Source of the DNA: Nitrospirales bacterium
GTDB taxonomy: Bacteria > Nitrospirota > Nitrospiria > Nitrospirales > UBA8639
Length of the DNA stretch: 64,000 nucleotides
NCBI GenBank assembly: GCA_965203295.1
Contig: CBDBCZ010000018.1
Coordinates: forward strand, 1,312,001 to 1,376,000
Direction: 5' to 3'
Part shown: positions 38,805 to 52,740 of the stretch, in pieces
How the letters are laid out: each line of letters opens with the position of its first letter
How positions within the stretch are numbered: position 1 is the first letter of the stretch
The notes under the pieces: generated by a model
Database searches by the model: none
What the model was told of the DNA's origin: nothing
Seen by the model: only the letters and a program-made list of their open reading frames with translations
Program-made: the position numbers and the translations under genes

Positions 38805-40332
38805 TTCTAAAAACATTCACATTCGCAATTATTCGATTATCGCAAAACAAACTGGTCCCACATAATATGGTACGGCACAGGTCATTTCTACCATGGGTGT
38901 CATGGTGTATGGGATTTGTATCCCCATGCAGTTTGTATGTCTTACAACTGCACTCTGGAACAAATCCCATACACATATAACATGTACCACTACTTCACCT
39001 ATTGTGACTCAGTTCAGCTGGGATGATTGTTCCCACATAATACAACATACATACAGCCATTGCCTGTTGATTACACACACATGGACTCGATGCCTAACCT
39101 ATATTTAGAGAAACACAGCCGTCTTTCGAAGTGGATCATGACGTAAGTTAATCACATGACTTTAGATACCAGGCCCTGTGACTTTCCTTTATACAACCAA
39201 AAAAAAGTTGTGGGCCTGGGAACTACATACTATCCACCACGGTCTATCAAGCGAGGCTGTCTATCACGTACTGTCCATTAGCTTTGATAGACAACACCCA
39301 ACATCTAACCCCATACCGGAGCTAATGGTACGTGCCTATTGCCTCTTCGAGGACCATTAGCTTAAAATATTAAGACTCGCCCTACATTCCTAGGGTAATG
39401 GCGCTTGACTTCACCCAACTCAACAATCTTCTAAAAACATTCACATTCGCAATTATTCGATTATCGCAAAACAAACTGGTCCTACATAATATGGTACGGC
39501 ACAGGTCATTTCTACCATGGGTTTCATGGTGTATGGGATTTGTATCCCCATGCAGTTTGTATGTCTTACAACTGCACTCTGGAACAAATCCCATACACAT
39601 ATAACATGTACCACTGCTTCACCTATTGTGACTCAGTTCAGCTGGGATGATTGTTCCCACATAATACAACATACATACAGCCATTGCCTGTTGATTACAC
39701 ACACATGGACTTGATGTCTAACCTATATTTAGAGAAACACAGCCGTCTTTCGAAGTGGATTATGACGTAAGTTGATCACATGACTTTAGATACCAGGCCC
39801 TGTGACTTTCCTTTGTGCAACCAAAAAAAAAGTTGTGGGCCTGGGAACTACATACTATCCACCACCGTCTATCAAGCGAGGCTGTCTATCACGTACTGTC
39901 CATTAGCTTTGATAGACAACACCCTACATCTAACCCCATACCGGAGCTAATGGTACGTGCCTATAGCCCCTCCCAGGACCATTAGCTTAAAATATTAAGA
40001 CTCGCCCTACATTCCTAGGGTAATGGCGCTTGACTTCACCCAACTCAACAATCTTCTAAAAACATTCACATTCGCAATTATTAGATTACCGCAAATAAAA
40101 CTGGTACTGCATAATATGGTACGGCACGGGTCATTTCTATGACGGGGTTACAAGGTGTATGGGATTTGCATTCTCGTGCAGTTTGTGTGTCTTACAACTG
40201 CCCTCTGGAACAAATCCCATACACCGTGAAGCAAGTACAACATGTACCACTGCTTCACCTATTGTGACTCAGTTCAGCTGGGATGATTGTTCCCACATAA
40301 TACAACATACATACAGCCATTGCCTGTTGATT

Positions 40333-40340
<8 letters not shown>
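38805..40340. repeat. ~624-bp tandem repeat, ~2.5 copies
   Basis: 'ttctaaaaacattcacattcgcaattatt' starts at ~38805, ~39429 and ~40054, with near-identical sequence following each. Confidence 0.92.
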
Positions 40341-40802
<462 letters not shown>

Positions 40803-43420
40803 CCCATACATAGCCTGTCCTCTACTTGAAGCATAATTCCATGAGGAAGCCCAATATATACATGATACATGGACACCACGGGGACTTTGTGAAGTGTCCT
40901 GAATAGATCTAGAGAGGTGTCCTCATTTCAAGGGTAAATTTGTATTAAGAAAGCATATTTAAGACACATCAGTGTCCCTAATACAAAAGCGTCATTATTT
41001 CAGGGGTATCATTTTAAGAAGGGTTCCAGTGAAATGTCATGGTATAATCGTTATCGCAACTACATGTACATATGCATATAATATCACTGTGTCACCTATT
41101 GTGTCTCACTTCAGCAGACAAATCATACAATGTACGTATGCAAGATGCACAAGTTCTCTTCACACACACACACACACACAAAATAAATAACATGGGCGCA
41201 GTTGTAATGGACAGTCTAACGGAGACGATTCCGTAGGGCCTTCAGTCTTTAACTTTACAAGATAAACTATGTGTGGGGGTTCATTCCCATATCCGACATC
41301 GTCAATTGTCACTTTGTCAATTTCTCACTTTGTCAACACTAACCAGATGGGAATTGACTAAATTGGAACTGATAAAGCGAGAAGTTGAATAAAAAGAGAA
41401 TTATGCCTTCAATAGGGATCGATTCCAATGACGAGCTATACATTTCTCTACAATTAACTAAATCTTGTATAGTGTATAACATGCACACGACAGTTAATTA
41501 GCGGAATAATTTAATTACGCCACGACGATGGCAGTATGATCGGTTCATGGCATTGTAGCGAAAGACAGGGGATGACTCCGACTGAACTATCTACAGAACT
41601 GAAGAGCAGAACCCCCAAGCTTTCATTTGGCATCGGATTGTAAGAGTTTTGGAAGCTGAAGACTAAAAACAGACTTTCTACAACTGAAATCGCCAGTCAA
41701 GGAGCAAACAACAGGTAATTTACTGTCTGCTACGAGTATAGTAGCTATCTCACCTTAAGAGTCGGAACCGCCTCTTTCCTGGTAATAGACTGCGAGCCGC
41801 TCGATTTTCAGTCACAGATGTGGCCTTCTAGGCTTTTCAGAGGCCAGTAGGATCGAAGTTCAAACTACTGATCACTTTCTAGGCCTCTACTCGGCGAAAA
41901 CATCGCTACAGGCACTACCTTCAGTCATGATTCAGAAAAGGTAACTGATTCATAACCGAACATGGCATCGATAGCGCACGGATATAACACGGTAGTACAC
42001 GCTTTGCCAAGATTTCTGGTAAAGTACTCACATGCGCAAACAGTGTATACCAGGCCCACTTTCAGGCGGGGTGGGAGGGGCCTGGGCACGAAGCTAGGAT
42101 ATTCTGTGGTGCCAACAGGTTACTAACCATGTTTGGATGACGTACAACAGGTGATTCTCAATAGCTATTTTCCTTCATATAACTTGCAGGAAAATATAAT
42201 CCGGACGTTTGTGTGTCTAAGGACTTCTACTGAACCCCCCCATACTCCATCTTTCAACCTTTCTCTATTTAATGCACACATTATGTCATGCATTACATCA
42301 TTCTCAGTACTTAAGCTTGAGTTTCTACGCAGTTTAGTAATAATTCCACTGATGAAGATCCTCGGATCGAAACGTTTGGACCTCTCTTGAGTTTCATTAT
42401 GCATGCTACGTAAGAGCTCAATAATCCTCTCTAACATTTCGACACATGGTCCGCACAAGTGACTTTTCTTTGTGTCCCCGATAAAGTCGTACGTGGGCCT
42501 GGGAACGAGGTTAGCAGGTTTAGTTGAAGAATATGGTTTTCCTGCTGAAGTTAGCTAAATTGAAAAGCACGTACATGTACATGTATGTAACTCAGAATAT
42601 GAGAATTCTACATACGGCAATCACATCCACATCACTGCATCACCTATTGTGACTCAGCTTGGTGCAACAGTGTACTATAATTCCCTTCCATTTACGGAAT
42701 CACATCAAAATGACATACTTTTTCCCATCACTATTAGCTCACAGGGTTGTTGTGGATACTGCCATATAATATGTGACCCGCTGAGCGAAAACTCGGTACA
42801 TCTCGCATTTTATAAATACTGAGATCACGTCAGTTTTGTGATCAATACCCTCTGATGGTAGCCTCGTTCCCAGGCCTGCACCTCAGCTTTTGTCGCTTGC
42901 AGTATGGAGCCTGGCTACTATGGGCTGTCCATAAAATTTGGTGGTTATCGGACGCTCGGTTCCCGAGATACAGTCCGAAACACTAGCGCATTACAAAAGC
43001 GTTTCACACAATTTGACGTTGTTTATGTACTAAATTTGATTGTGATACGAATAGTATACAGAATCACAATGTTTTGACGTTGCTACAGTATATCGTACTT
43101 CTGTATACTATCCATAACATGTACACACTTAGTACGTGACTTAGGCTTGTACCATACCTAGCTCAAACTGACCAATGAGCTTACAGTATATGGATGCTAT
43201 AACAGGTCATATTTCCCGCGAACAGATCAAAGAAGAATTGCATAGCGGGTCCCACTGGGCAGGGATCTTATACCACCGCAACGTTAACACTCACCACAGC
43301 ACCCAGCTATGCACCCCCAGAGTACACCCACGGGTAAGTACAGCTACCTACCCAATGATAACTGAGTATAAATTAAAATTATAACAAACTCGACTACAAA
43401 TATACTCCCTACAAATTTAA

Positions 43421-43980
43421 CTCATTGCACCCGGAAATTACATCATCTTGGGTGTCAACGTACGTGAAATAATTTACCTCAAGCATATCATCCTCGTTGG
43501 AGTAAAACGAGCTAAGTTTGCTGCGAGTGTTTAGTAGACAAAACAGCTATTGGCGACTCCCAGCTGTGAAAGGGTATGTGTGGTCTCTATATGGACGCAA
43601 ACGAAGCCAGCACATCGAATTTCCAGCTGTTCTGGTTAGCTTTGAGTGTACTAGCAAGCCTTAGCGTGGTAGCTAGAAGCTTTTCGTGATGCTTATGACC
43701 CCAGTTGTGATGTAGAGTGGTTAGATGGATTGTCCGTGCATCGAGCACGTCTACTAAAAGCCTTAGAACTCGATCCTGCAAGCGCTCTATCTAAGACTAT
43801 GTACTGTGTATTGACGATCTGGCTGGTACGCATGTGCTAGTTGCTCGAAATGACTTCCGGCATTTAGGCTATGAATATCTACTTGTAATTGCAGCCCGTT
43901 TCTGATAAAGAAGGCTTCTCCCTTAAGGGAAGTGCCGCTATGCAAGCGGGCCACTTTAGTGGCCTTCCGCGTGCAATGAG
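43421..43980. mobile_element. piggyBac-like non-autonomous element
   Basis: TTAA|CTCATTGCACCCGGAA ... TTCCGCGTGCAATGAG|TTAA. Same terminal motif as the 32149 element but a different interior. Confidence 0.8.
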
Positions 43981-45644
43981 TTAAAGCAGTGCTGTGAATG
44001 GCTACAAACCTACATGTATTTCTTTAGTGGACATCTATACTCGTGCGGCAAGCCTACGAGAGGCATCTGCGCGTGCGTAACCCTAGTTAAGGTGTGCGTG
44101 TTTATTATGACCTACTAACTGCCATTAAACCTTGTTTTATCACGATTATTACATTACAACTTTTCAATATCCTGGTGTGGGGGGGGGGATATGAAACCTG
44201 CTATTGGATATCTGCCTTTGCTTCGGAAACAAGGTGAAATAAAAGGCATGGGTCGACATAAGGTTGTGATTAACTCACTAATAAATTTACCCATGTGTAA
44301 GTACACATGGCTTCCTGCACTCCAGTGACACACCCTTTTAACAGATAGCGCTATCTTATAAGTAAATTCATTATCACCACGGAGCCAATCAATTATTCCA
44401 CCCACCCATCTTAAAATCTTGACCTACCATCCCCAGCGAGCCTACCAACGCGGATTAGTATACTACAGCGGTAGACTAACATTATATAACTCGATACTGG
44501 CTTACGCAATCGGGGGCTGAGTCTCCGGATGTACCAGTCTAGCTGTCCACCGCAAATTTTAAAGCGCCCACGTGGTGGCATTCTTCTTGGAGCTGGGCCG
44601 AAGATGGCTGCTCGTCAGGGGTATATCACCCGCACTGTCAATGAGGTAGTCGCGAAGTGTTCCACCAACCACTGCTCTAAGCTACCGCTATGCTAGCCTC
44701 GTACTCACAGATAGTCTAGATATTGCATGCTGATTCACTTGGGACTCCCCCTGTTTATTTTTTATCACGCGACATGCGTCATCCAGCGCTCGGCGATATA
44801 TCGACCTTTTGCTCAGCCCCGCCCCGTCAATTCTCTAATGCTGGTTCAGATAAGGAGCGCACTATAACCCATTGCCTCTCGGTGCAATAAAGTCAGCTAC
44901 AACTGCACTGTCATTACTCATGAATGGCTTATACAGCCCTCGAACAAGGCAGCAAAGTGAGCTGGTCTGACGCCTATGGGAATGTATGACCTCGATGGGA
45001 AGTAAGCTTTGCTAGGTAACAATATTGAAGTTATACAACTGTCCACTAAAATATTACCACAAGTCAATTATTCAGAGATTTTCTACTCTAACTATTGCTA
45101 CAGTTCCCTTTGAAAAGCTGCTTAAGGTGCTACCATAGATAGTAGAGACTAGAGTAGAAGGACAGGGAATGGAAACTCCCCACTCACACCTAATTAATTC
45201 CCATCCGTATTAGGATGCGTATGGCTTCAGTACTATTAGTGTGCATGTAGCTATGGATAGTACAGAGATAACAGAAGGGCTGAGAACCATAGCGTTCTGA
45301 CCCAAAATGAAGTGCTGGAAATTGCATGAACAGCACAAACAATAATGTGCATATCCTATAAGCATATGACCAAAAATTTGAACATCTAAAATTTTGAGCA
45401 GCTCCTGAAACACAGTATTCTCATGTTTGTAACAATTTTGTGGGTTAGACCACTCTGGTTCTTATCCCTTCAATAGTAACAGCACAAACAGACCTTGTGC
45501 ATGCTACATGTAGATATAATTGAGTAAATTACTCTGTGTGTAACTTAATGTTCTCAATAATGTTATGACTATCATTATTTCTGTTCTTAATAATGAGTGG
45601 TTCCAGGGCCACCCTATTTTTTTAACCGAAGCACTGATACTTCT

Positions 45645-46523
45645 CAGCTGTCCATTTCCATGCATGGTTCTCAAAGTTCATTGCGGGCAGTGACAAGCAA
45701 ATCACGGAGGTCAATGTGTACCACTGTTGCAGTACCATCTGATGGGTCTGGTGGACTTGGTGGATGCGCACCCTCAGGGTCAGAGTCAGTCTGTGCAACA
45801 GGTTCATAGGTGTCATTTGTGGGAACTTCCTCCACAGCTGTGGGGAACATTTGATTTGTTGAGCTGAGTAGAAAGTAACAATGCCAATGAATGTTGCAAA
45901 GGCTATGCTGGTAGAGGTGAATGTAACAGCATTCTGGTTACCTCCTGAGGAATGAATATACAGGGTGGCTAATGCAAGAACGCCTAGATTGACAGTTCCA
46001 AAATATTCAAATACCAGGCCTTGTAAATTCTATTTCCCAACAGGGAATAGACGATGTGGAGTATAGCAGAAACAGAACCCATATAGCCAAAAGGTTAACA
46101 CTTGGATCCCCAAGAATGTTGAAGGCAAACAGAAAGAACTGGGCACAACAAACTAGAAGCATCAGTCCAGTCCAGTAGCGATGTTTGGTGCATGGTATGC
46201 ATCAAGAAATGGAATGACTCTGTGGCTATTCACCCAGGTAAGCATCTTGCATTGTCCAGACCTAGAATGAAGCCACTGACTAAAGATCAGAAATAGAGTA
46301 TAGGGCAGAAATAGGAGAGCGAGGACAACCAATGCTTCAATAAATAGGGGAATGTGTATGCTTATAGTGCTAAGGTATCCAATATTTCCATCATAGAGCC
46401 ACATGGCAACATTTAATTTGTTGGGATATTCCAGGAGTGTGTAAGAAAGAGCTGCAATGACTGCCTGGAGAAATTTACTGTATGATAGCAGAAAGAGTGT
46501 TGCGAGAACAGCAATTGGATTCC
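45645..46523 (-). pseudogene. C-terminal multi-pass TM region of a large sponge-type membrane protein, decayed
   Basis: NPIAVLATLFLLSYSKFLQ...WLYDGNIGYL...HIPLF...LFLPYTLFL...PFLDAYHAP, frameshift, YWTGLMLLV...GDPSVNLLAI...NLGVLALATLY...AFATFIGIV, ending NEL*EP. There are several frameshifts and no N-terminal part is visible upstream. Confidence 0.8.
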
Positions 46524-46994
46524 AGAAAAATCTTCAGAAACTTAACATTTTTTCCAGTGCTGGTCTTCTATTTTCAAACTGTCCAGCTGCTCCTGCTGCT
46601 CAGTAGAATCACCTTTAGGCCGCCATACTGAGAGTCAAAGAAACTGCTAAGTGCTCTAGGCTTCACCCCTGTACCCCAGCAATCCCACTCTTTTAATAAC
46701 AACATACAGCTAAATTCAAATAATTAGTATACCAGACAGATATTAGTAACATCCACAAACAATGAAGTGAAAATAATCATCAAAGCAATGTATTTCACTG
46801 GGTGTATCTTATGTGATTCACGGAATGTCAGTTCTCAGTAGGGCACTCCTGGGGACTGGTACTGGTTTCTTCTCTGCAGACTGGCTTGTACTGCATTGTT
46901 TTGGGGACAGCCCCTGCTCATTAGAAACATTAACATACGTATGCTTATCAACATCGAGCATAATGCCAAGTGATCATGCCCAGCAGACCTTAAC

Positions 46995-47218
<224 letters not shown>

Positions 47219-47436
47219 AAGCCTGAAGTTTACCATTACACGGACACTTTACCTCAGTTCAGTGGATGGCCGTCTGTCACTGGGACTGCCTGAAGCCACC
47301 TTCACCAGTTGCCTATAGGTGGAATGGGAACAAAGCCAACATGTGGAGGGGAGAATGGACTGCTGTCGGAGGAATCACCGGGTGTCACTACAGAGGAGGG
47401 GAACAACGGAATACTACAGTGAGAACTGTATGCACA

Positions 47437-49743
47437 TGTAGTAGTATTGTTATTGTGATAACCTTGTATGCATACTTATGACTAATGTATGTACTATATG
47501 GTTTCATCCTCAGCAGACTCAACGGCGTCCTCTATCAGATGGACAATGTCCTGGTCTTCGACAGAGATCAGTCCGAGCATGATGCCAGGCTCACGGCAGT
47601 ACTCCAGCGTATCGAGTCAGCAGGAGCGACATTGAACCCGGACAGACTCACGCCCGGACAAGTGTGAGTTTGGGAAGAGCACACTGAAGTTCTTGGGGCA
47701 TCTCATCGATGAGAAAGGCAACCAAGCCTGTCCTGACAAAACAGCCACCATCCAAGAGATGAGTCCTCCGAGCAACGTCCCCGAGCTGAGGCGGTTCATG
47801 GGATGGTGAACCAGTTGGGGAAGTTCACACAAAATCTAGCTGACCTCGCACAGCCCCTACGTGAGCTACTTAGCAAAAAGAACGCGTAGCTATGGGGTAC
47901 CAGCCAAGAACAAGCCTTCTCACTAGTCAAAGCTGAGCTCACAAAGCCAACCACACTTGCCCTTTATGATCCCGGAGCAGAGTCCAAGCTATCCACCGAT
48001 GCCTCTTCATACGGACTCGGGGCAGTACTACTTCAGAAGACTGAGTATGCCTGAAAGCCAGTGGCGTTTGCACCGCGATCGATGTCCGACACAGAACGTC
48101 GGTATGCACAAATTAAAAAAGAAGCTCTGGCCATCACATGGGCCTGTGAAAAATTCTCGATGTACATACTTGGGAAGCGGATTGAAATCGAAACCGACCA
48201 CAAACCCCAGGTCCCACTTCTAGGGTCAAAACACCTAGACACTCTACCCCCTCGAGTACTCCGCTTTCGGCTTCGCCTCGCACGGTTTAACTACTCGATT
48301 GAGCACACACCTGGCAACCACCTCTACACTGCCGATGCCCTCTCACGAGCACCAGCCTCCTCAGACAGGGACTCAAGTCTGGAAGAGCTAGCCGAACTAG
48401 TCATGGATGCCTGCATTGGCCATTTGCCTGCTAGTCAAGAGCGACTCAGTGAGTACCAGAAGGCCCAGAATGCAGATCCTCTAGTAATAAAATACTGCTC
48501 TCTAGTAATAAAATACTGTCACAGTGGTTGGCCGAACAAGAGCCACATAGATGATGCCATACTGGGAATCCCGTGGAGAACTCACACTGCACGACCACCT
48601 TCTACTGCACGGCACTCGCATCGTTTTCTCTGCAGCCATGCAGCAAAAAACGTTGCAGAAAATCCACCAGGGACACCAAGGGATCCAAAGGTGTCGCCTG
48701 CGAGCCAAGATCTCTGTACGGTGGCCTGGATGGTCCAAGAAAATTGAAGAGCTGGTGAAACAGTGTCCACACTGCGTGCAGGACAGCACTCCTCGAAAAG
48801 AGCTACTGATGCCCACCGCACTCCCAGACTACCCCTGGCAGAAGATCGGAACCGTCCTTTTCATGCTGAATGGAGCTACATACCTCATAGCTGTGGACTA
48901 TTTTTCTCGCTACCCTGAAGCTGTGAAGCTGACCACAGTGACATCACAGAGTGTTCTCAAGGCTCTAAAATCAATCTTCTCAATATACGCCATCCCTGAA
49001 GAGATCATGAGCGACAACGGTACTCAGTATGCATCACAGCAATTCGCAGACTTTGCTCGATCATACCATTTCCTACATACCACCAGCAGCCCTCACTTCC
49101 CGCAGAGCAACGGACATGTCGAACGTGCCGTTAAGACGGTGAAGAAGCTGCTGAGAGGTTCACAAGACCCCTACCTTCCACTCCTATCCTATCGGTCAAC
49201 CCCCTTGCCTTGGTGTGGTGTGTCACCTGCAGAACTCCACATGGGGAGACAGATACGGTCGAATGTGCCCCAGGTGACGGAGACACTCACTCCACAGTGG
49301 CCATTCCTAGACAAGTTCCGACGCTGCAATGATGAGAAGCAGAAAGCTAACTATGATGCTCGTCATGGAGCCAGACCTCTTCCAGAGATCCCGGATGACA
49401 CCGAAGTATGGGTAACCATAAATGGCAGACAGTCACAAGGCAGAGTCATTGCACCTGCAAATACTCCCAGATGACCAAGATCCCATGGACAAGTCCGCCA
49501 AAACCGCACACATCTCAATATTATACCCGAGACACAACTGCCCGAACATGAGAGCACAACCGGAGCCACTCTGACCCCCACTCGTAGCCCGATTATGACC
49601 AGGTCGCGCACTGGTACGAACATTGCCCCTCCGAACAGGCTATGACTGCCCTCCTGAGAAAGGGAGATGTAGTAGTAGCATTGTTATTGTAATAACATTG
49701 TATGCTTATGACTAATGCATGTTCTATATGGTTTCATGCTATG
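47437..49743 (+). mobile_element. Ty3/Gypsy LTR retrotransposon, 5'-internally deleted
   Basis: LTR start tgtagtagt...atatggtttcat at 47437-47508 and again at 49668-49737. Polypurine tract gagaaagggaga lies directly before 49668. Domain order is RT-RNaseH-integrase. Confidence 0.9.
47506..49645 (+). pseudogene. Gypsy pol (partial RT, RNase H, integrase), disrupted
   Basis: GVLYQMDNVLVF, KCEF..LKFLGH, TDASSYGLGAVLLQ, ERRYAQIKKEALAITWACEKF, HQGHQG..C..C, VDYFSRYPE, SDNGTQY, PQSNGHVERAVKTVK. Stops and frameshifts throughout. Confidence 0.93.
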
Positions 49744-49854
49744 GTCACTATAATATAGTGACGCATAGCATGAAACCATATAGTACATGCATTAGTCATA
49801 AGCATACGATGTTATTACAATAACATAAAGCAACTAGTACATGCCATTACAATA

Positions 49855-50058
49855 ACATCAAGCAACTAGTACATGCTTGCTTCGCGCTTGACCCCACCCT
49901 TCCTGATTGTGGTATTATCAATATCTTATCAGCAATATATTATATTGCTCTGTCTATTCTGTATTGTTTTGTTGAGTTCTATGATAAGATATTGATAATA
50001 CCACAATCAGGAAGGGTGGGGTCAAGCGCGAAGCAAGCATGTACTAGTTGCTTGATGT
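49855..50058. repeat. Perfect ~76-bp inverted repeat with ~50-bp spacer
   Basis: acatcaagcaactagtacatgc...atatcttatca (49855-49930) versus tgataagatat...gttgcttgatgt (49982-50058). Confidence 0.92.
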
Positions 50059-50349
50059 CTGTGGTATCTGTGGTTACAGTATAATGACAGCCTACTACTT
50101 TGAGCCAAAATAGCTTGCATTAGTCCCAGGTTGGTCTGGTTACTATTGCAGTTATTGGCAGTCACTATTGCTATAGTTGCCATGAATGTTCCCTAAAGTG
50201 TTCCCATAAGCCCATATAAATTTATGCCGGGTTTTTATACTAGGTATTAATACTTTGTACAGGCTTTTCAGCTTCTTTAAGCTGTTTCATATGGTTCGTA
50301 AAGGGATAATAATTATTAATGCACCATCACAATTGTGAGACTACCTACT

Positions 50350-52281
50350 TCTTCTCCGTGGCATAGTGGCAAACGGTGGTGGAGAGCTGACACTGCTGGT
50401 CAGTCGCATCTTCTCAGCACCTCTAGGCAGGCTGCCGAAGGAATGATTCCGGGGAATTCCCCCTTCTGATTCAGTTTGGGGTGAGCTCAAACTGCTGTGG
50501 GGCGAGTTGGTCCACTGCCTAGGAAACTCGTAGTCTTCATCTCCCTAACAACAGTGAATTAAAGCACACAAGTTTACAGCTGCAGCCTTTTTGGCATCTA
50601 AGATGCAATAAGTGTTCTAGTTACAGGTATCTCCTCACCTTAGTTCTGGGATTGGGGCTGAGACTCTTCCTTCCCCGAATACTGGCCAGCTGTGCTGGAC
50701 GCATCATCTCGTAGTCCTCCATGCCTTGCTGGACTGGTCTCGATGCCAGCCCCATCCTTGGGATATTCTGGGGCTCGGAGCGATCCCGAGGATCAGACTG
50801 TGTAATGATGACATATTCGTCAGTCAGGGGGCAGCTTTGAACAGGTCCAGAAGATAGCTGGAATACAGCTGGGCTTTCAGTAGGTCATGTGGCGTGGTTC
50901 AGACTGGTGTCAGCAAAGGGCTTCCTCTGCAGGCCATTAGGCAACTGGAATCCGTATTTCTCAGCGACTGGGCTGTAGGAACTCTGTAGTGTGTTTCGAG
51001 GTGGTGAGTTTGTCCTAGGAGGCAGTGATGGTACATTCTTGTCTGCTGGCATGTAGAGCTCGTGATCCTGTGCAGTCTGAGGTAACAAGTCTTCATTTAC
51101 ATGATACCAGACTTTGGATAATTCAGTAATTGGAAATACATAACTCATGATCATTCATGCACTAGAATTAACCTTCACTGAGCCAGCAACTGCAGTAACT
51201 TACCTCTTTATTTGCCTTAGCCACTGGGACACTAGAAGCAGCATTAGATGGCTTCACACTCGACAAACTGTGGAGGGCCCTTATAATCATCACCAGGTAT
51301 CGAAGCATAGAGGGCTGAGCTGGGGCTTTTCAGGACAGAGTTGGTGGGCATGAACTTTCGAGGGGAAGGTGGTGTGGTCTTAGAAATGGGAGGAAGAGGG
51401 CTTCTTCTGAGGCTGGTTACATACCTCGGCTGTTGTTTCTCTGAAATCTCAGCGTACAAGCTCTCACCTCTTCTTTCCCTTTCCAGTAAGTCAATGTCAA
51501 TGTAGACCCTTTGAACATGGGTAAGGGTAAGTTGGGAGGGCTGGAGGTTCTCGACAGGTCAGGCAATGGCGTTATCCGCCTAATAAACAGAGATTCAAAA
51601 CTTCGAGAACGTCTCATTTTCCCATTTTTTCGCGGTGGGAAATCAATATCTTTGTAAGCTTTCTCTCGTCTCACGTGTCGGGATGCTTTCCTTGGGACGT
51701 TGTACAGGGAAGCAGATACTGCACTATCATCTGGCGGTAATCACGAAGGAGGTACATCGTAGTTCATCTGGTGGCTATCGTCCAATAGATCTCCCAAGCT
51801 TGATGCGGCTTTAACTAATATACATTGCCGTTGGATATCCGCCTCGGTGAATGGACACAGATGCCAAAGATATTTCAGATGGCTGCTTGATGAGGGATTG
51901 TGACGGCAGGTCTTCATGAGTGATGGACCTCAGGGGGGAGAGGCGACTGTCGGGAGAGGGCCTGTATTGCGGTATTGTAGGGTGTGTGAGAATGGTGCGG
52001 TAGAATGGTGTGTGAAAGGAAAAGGGTGAAGTACATGCAGTAGGATTGTTACTCAGGTCACAGCTCTGCTGCTGTCAAAGGACGTATCATGTTTAAAATA
52101 GTTTGTTCACACAGTAAGAACACTAAGTAAAAGTCACTTTTTGGAGAGGTAGACCTTGCTCCATCTTGACTGACGTCGTCTTGGTCGGGCAACAGTCTGC
52201 GATGACCAGAAAGGCTGCCCCCAGCGGTGGTCTGCTCAGGGACGGAGGTATTGCACAAGGCATTCTGTTCGTGAAAACTAC
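50350..52281 (-). pseudogene. Pro/Ser-rich phosphotyrosine docking-protein-like gene (GAB/IRS/Dok-like tail), pseudogenised
   Basis: Spliced exons (GT-AG intron 50545-50638 in phase 0, donor near 51203, acceptor at 52282) encode YDVP, YNVP, YAEI, YASI, YVII, YEMM, YEFP and PSLPPR. In-frame TGA at 51741-51743 and 50885-50887, plus frameshifts. No PH/PTB domain was confidently seen. Confidence 0.65.
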
Positions 52282-52561
52282 CTACAGTGGCGAATAGGAA
52301 TTCCAAGTATGTAATCATTGATATGGTGATTATGACAGAGTAAAAAAACGACGAATTTCTAAATGCAGGTCAGTTGCTCCCCTTTAACCCTGATAGTAAA
52401 CAATTTGGCAATAACAAGAATAATTAATAAGCTAGGAAGAAATGACAAAAAGGTGCACAAGGTGGGATTCAAACCAGTAATCTAAGCTTTCAAGCGCCTG
52501 CACTCTGCCTTACAAGCAACTTACTTTTTGGCGGTGAAACTAGGAACTTGTAGTAAATCAC

Positions 52562-52740
52562 ATTACATCTCATGAGTGCTAGCAAGAGGCCTGGGAATGA
52601 GATTACATCTCACGAGTGCTAGCAAGAGGAATGAGATTACATCTCATGAGTGCTAGCATAAGGCCTAGAAACATCTCATGAGTGCTAACATGAGGAACAA
52701 GATTACATCTCGTGAGTGCCAGTTTGAGGCATGGGATTGA
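52562..52740. repeat. ~35-40-bp tandem repeat
   Basis: gattacatctcatgagtgctagcaagagg-like units, ~5 copies. Confidence 0.8.

Noticed and set aside
42165..42458. ORF with GVWGGSVE, reminiscent of an OTU motif
   Set aside because: A single short motif with no recognisable catalytic Cys or His boxes.
44027..45046. Possible TIR element (tttagtggaca ... tgtccactaaa)
   Set aside because: Only an 11-bp inverted match, ambiguous TSD and no second copy in the window.
52458..52512. tRNA-like remnant (gggattcaaacc, minus-strand B box)
   Set aside because: Too degraded to fold a cloverleaf.
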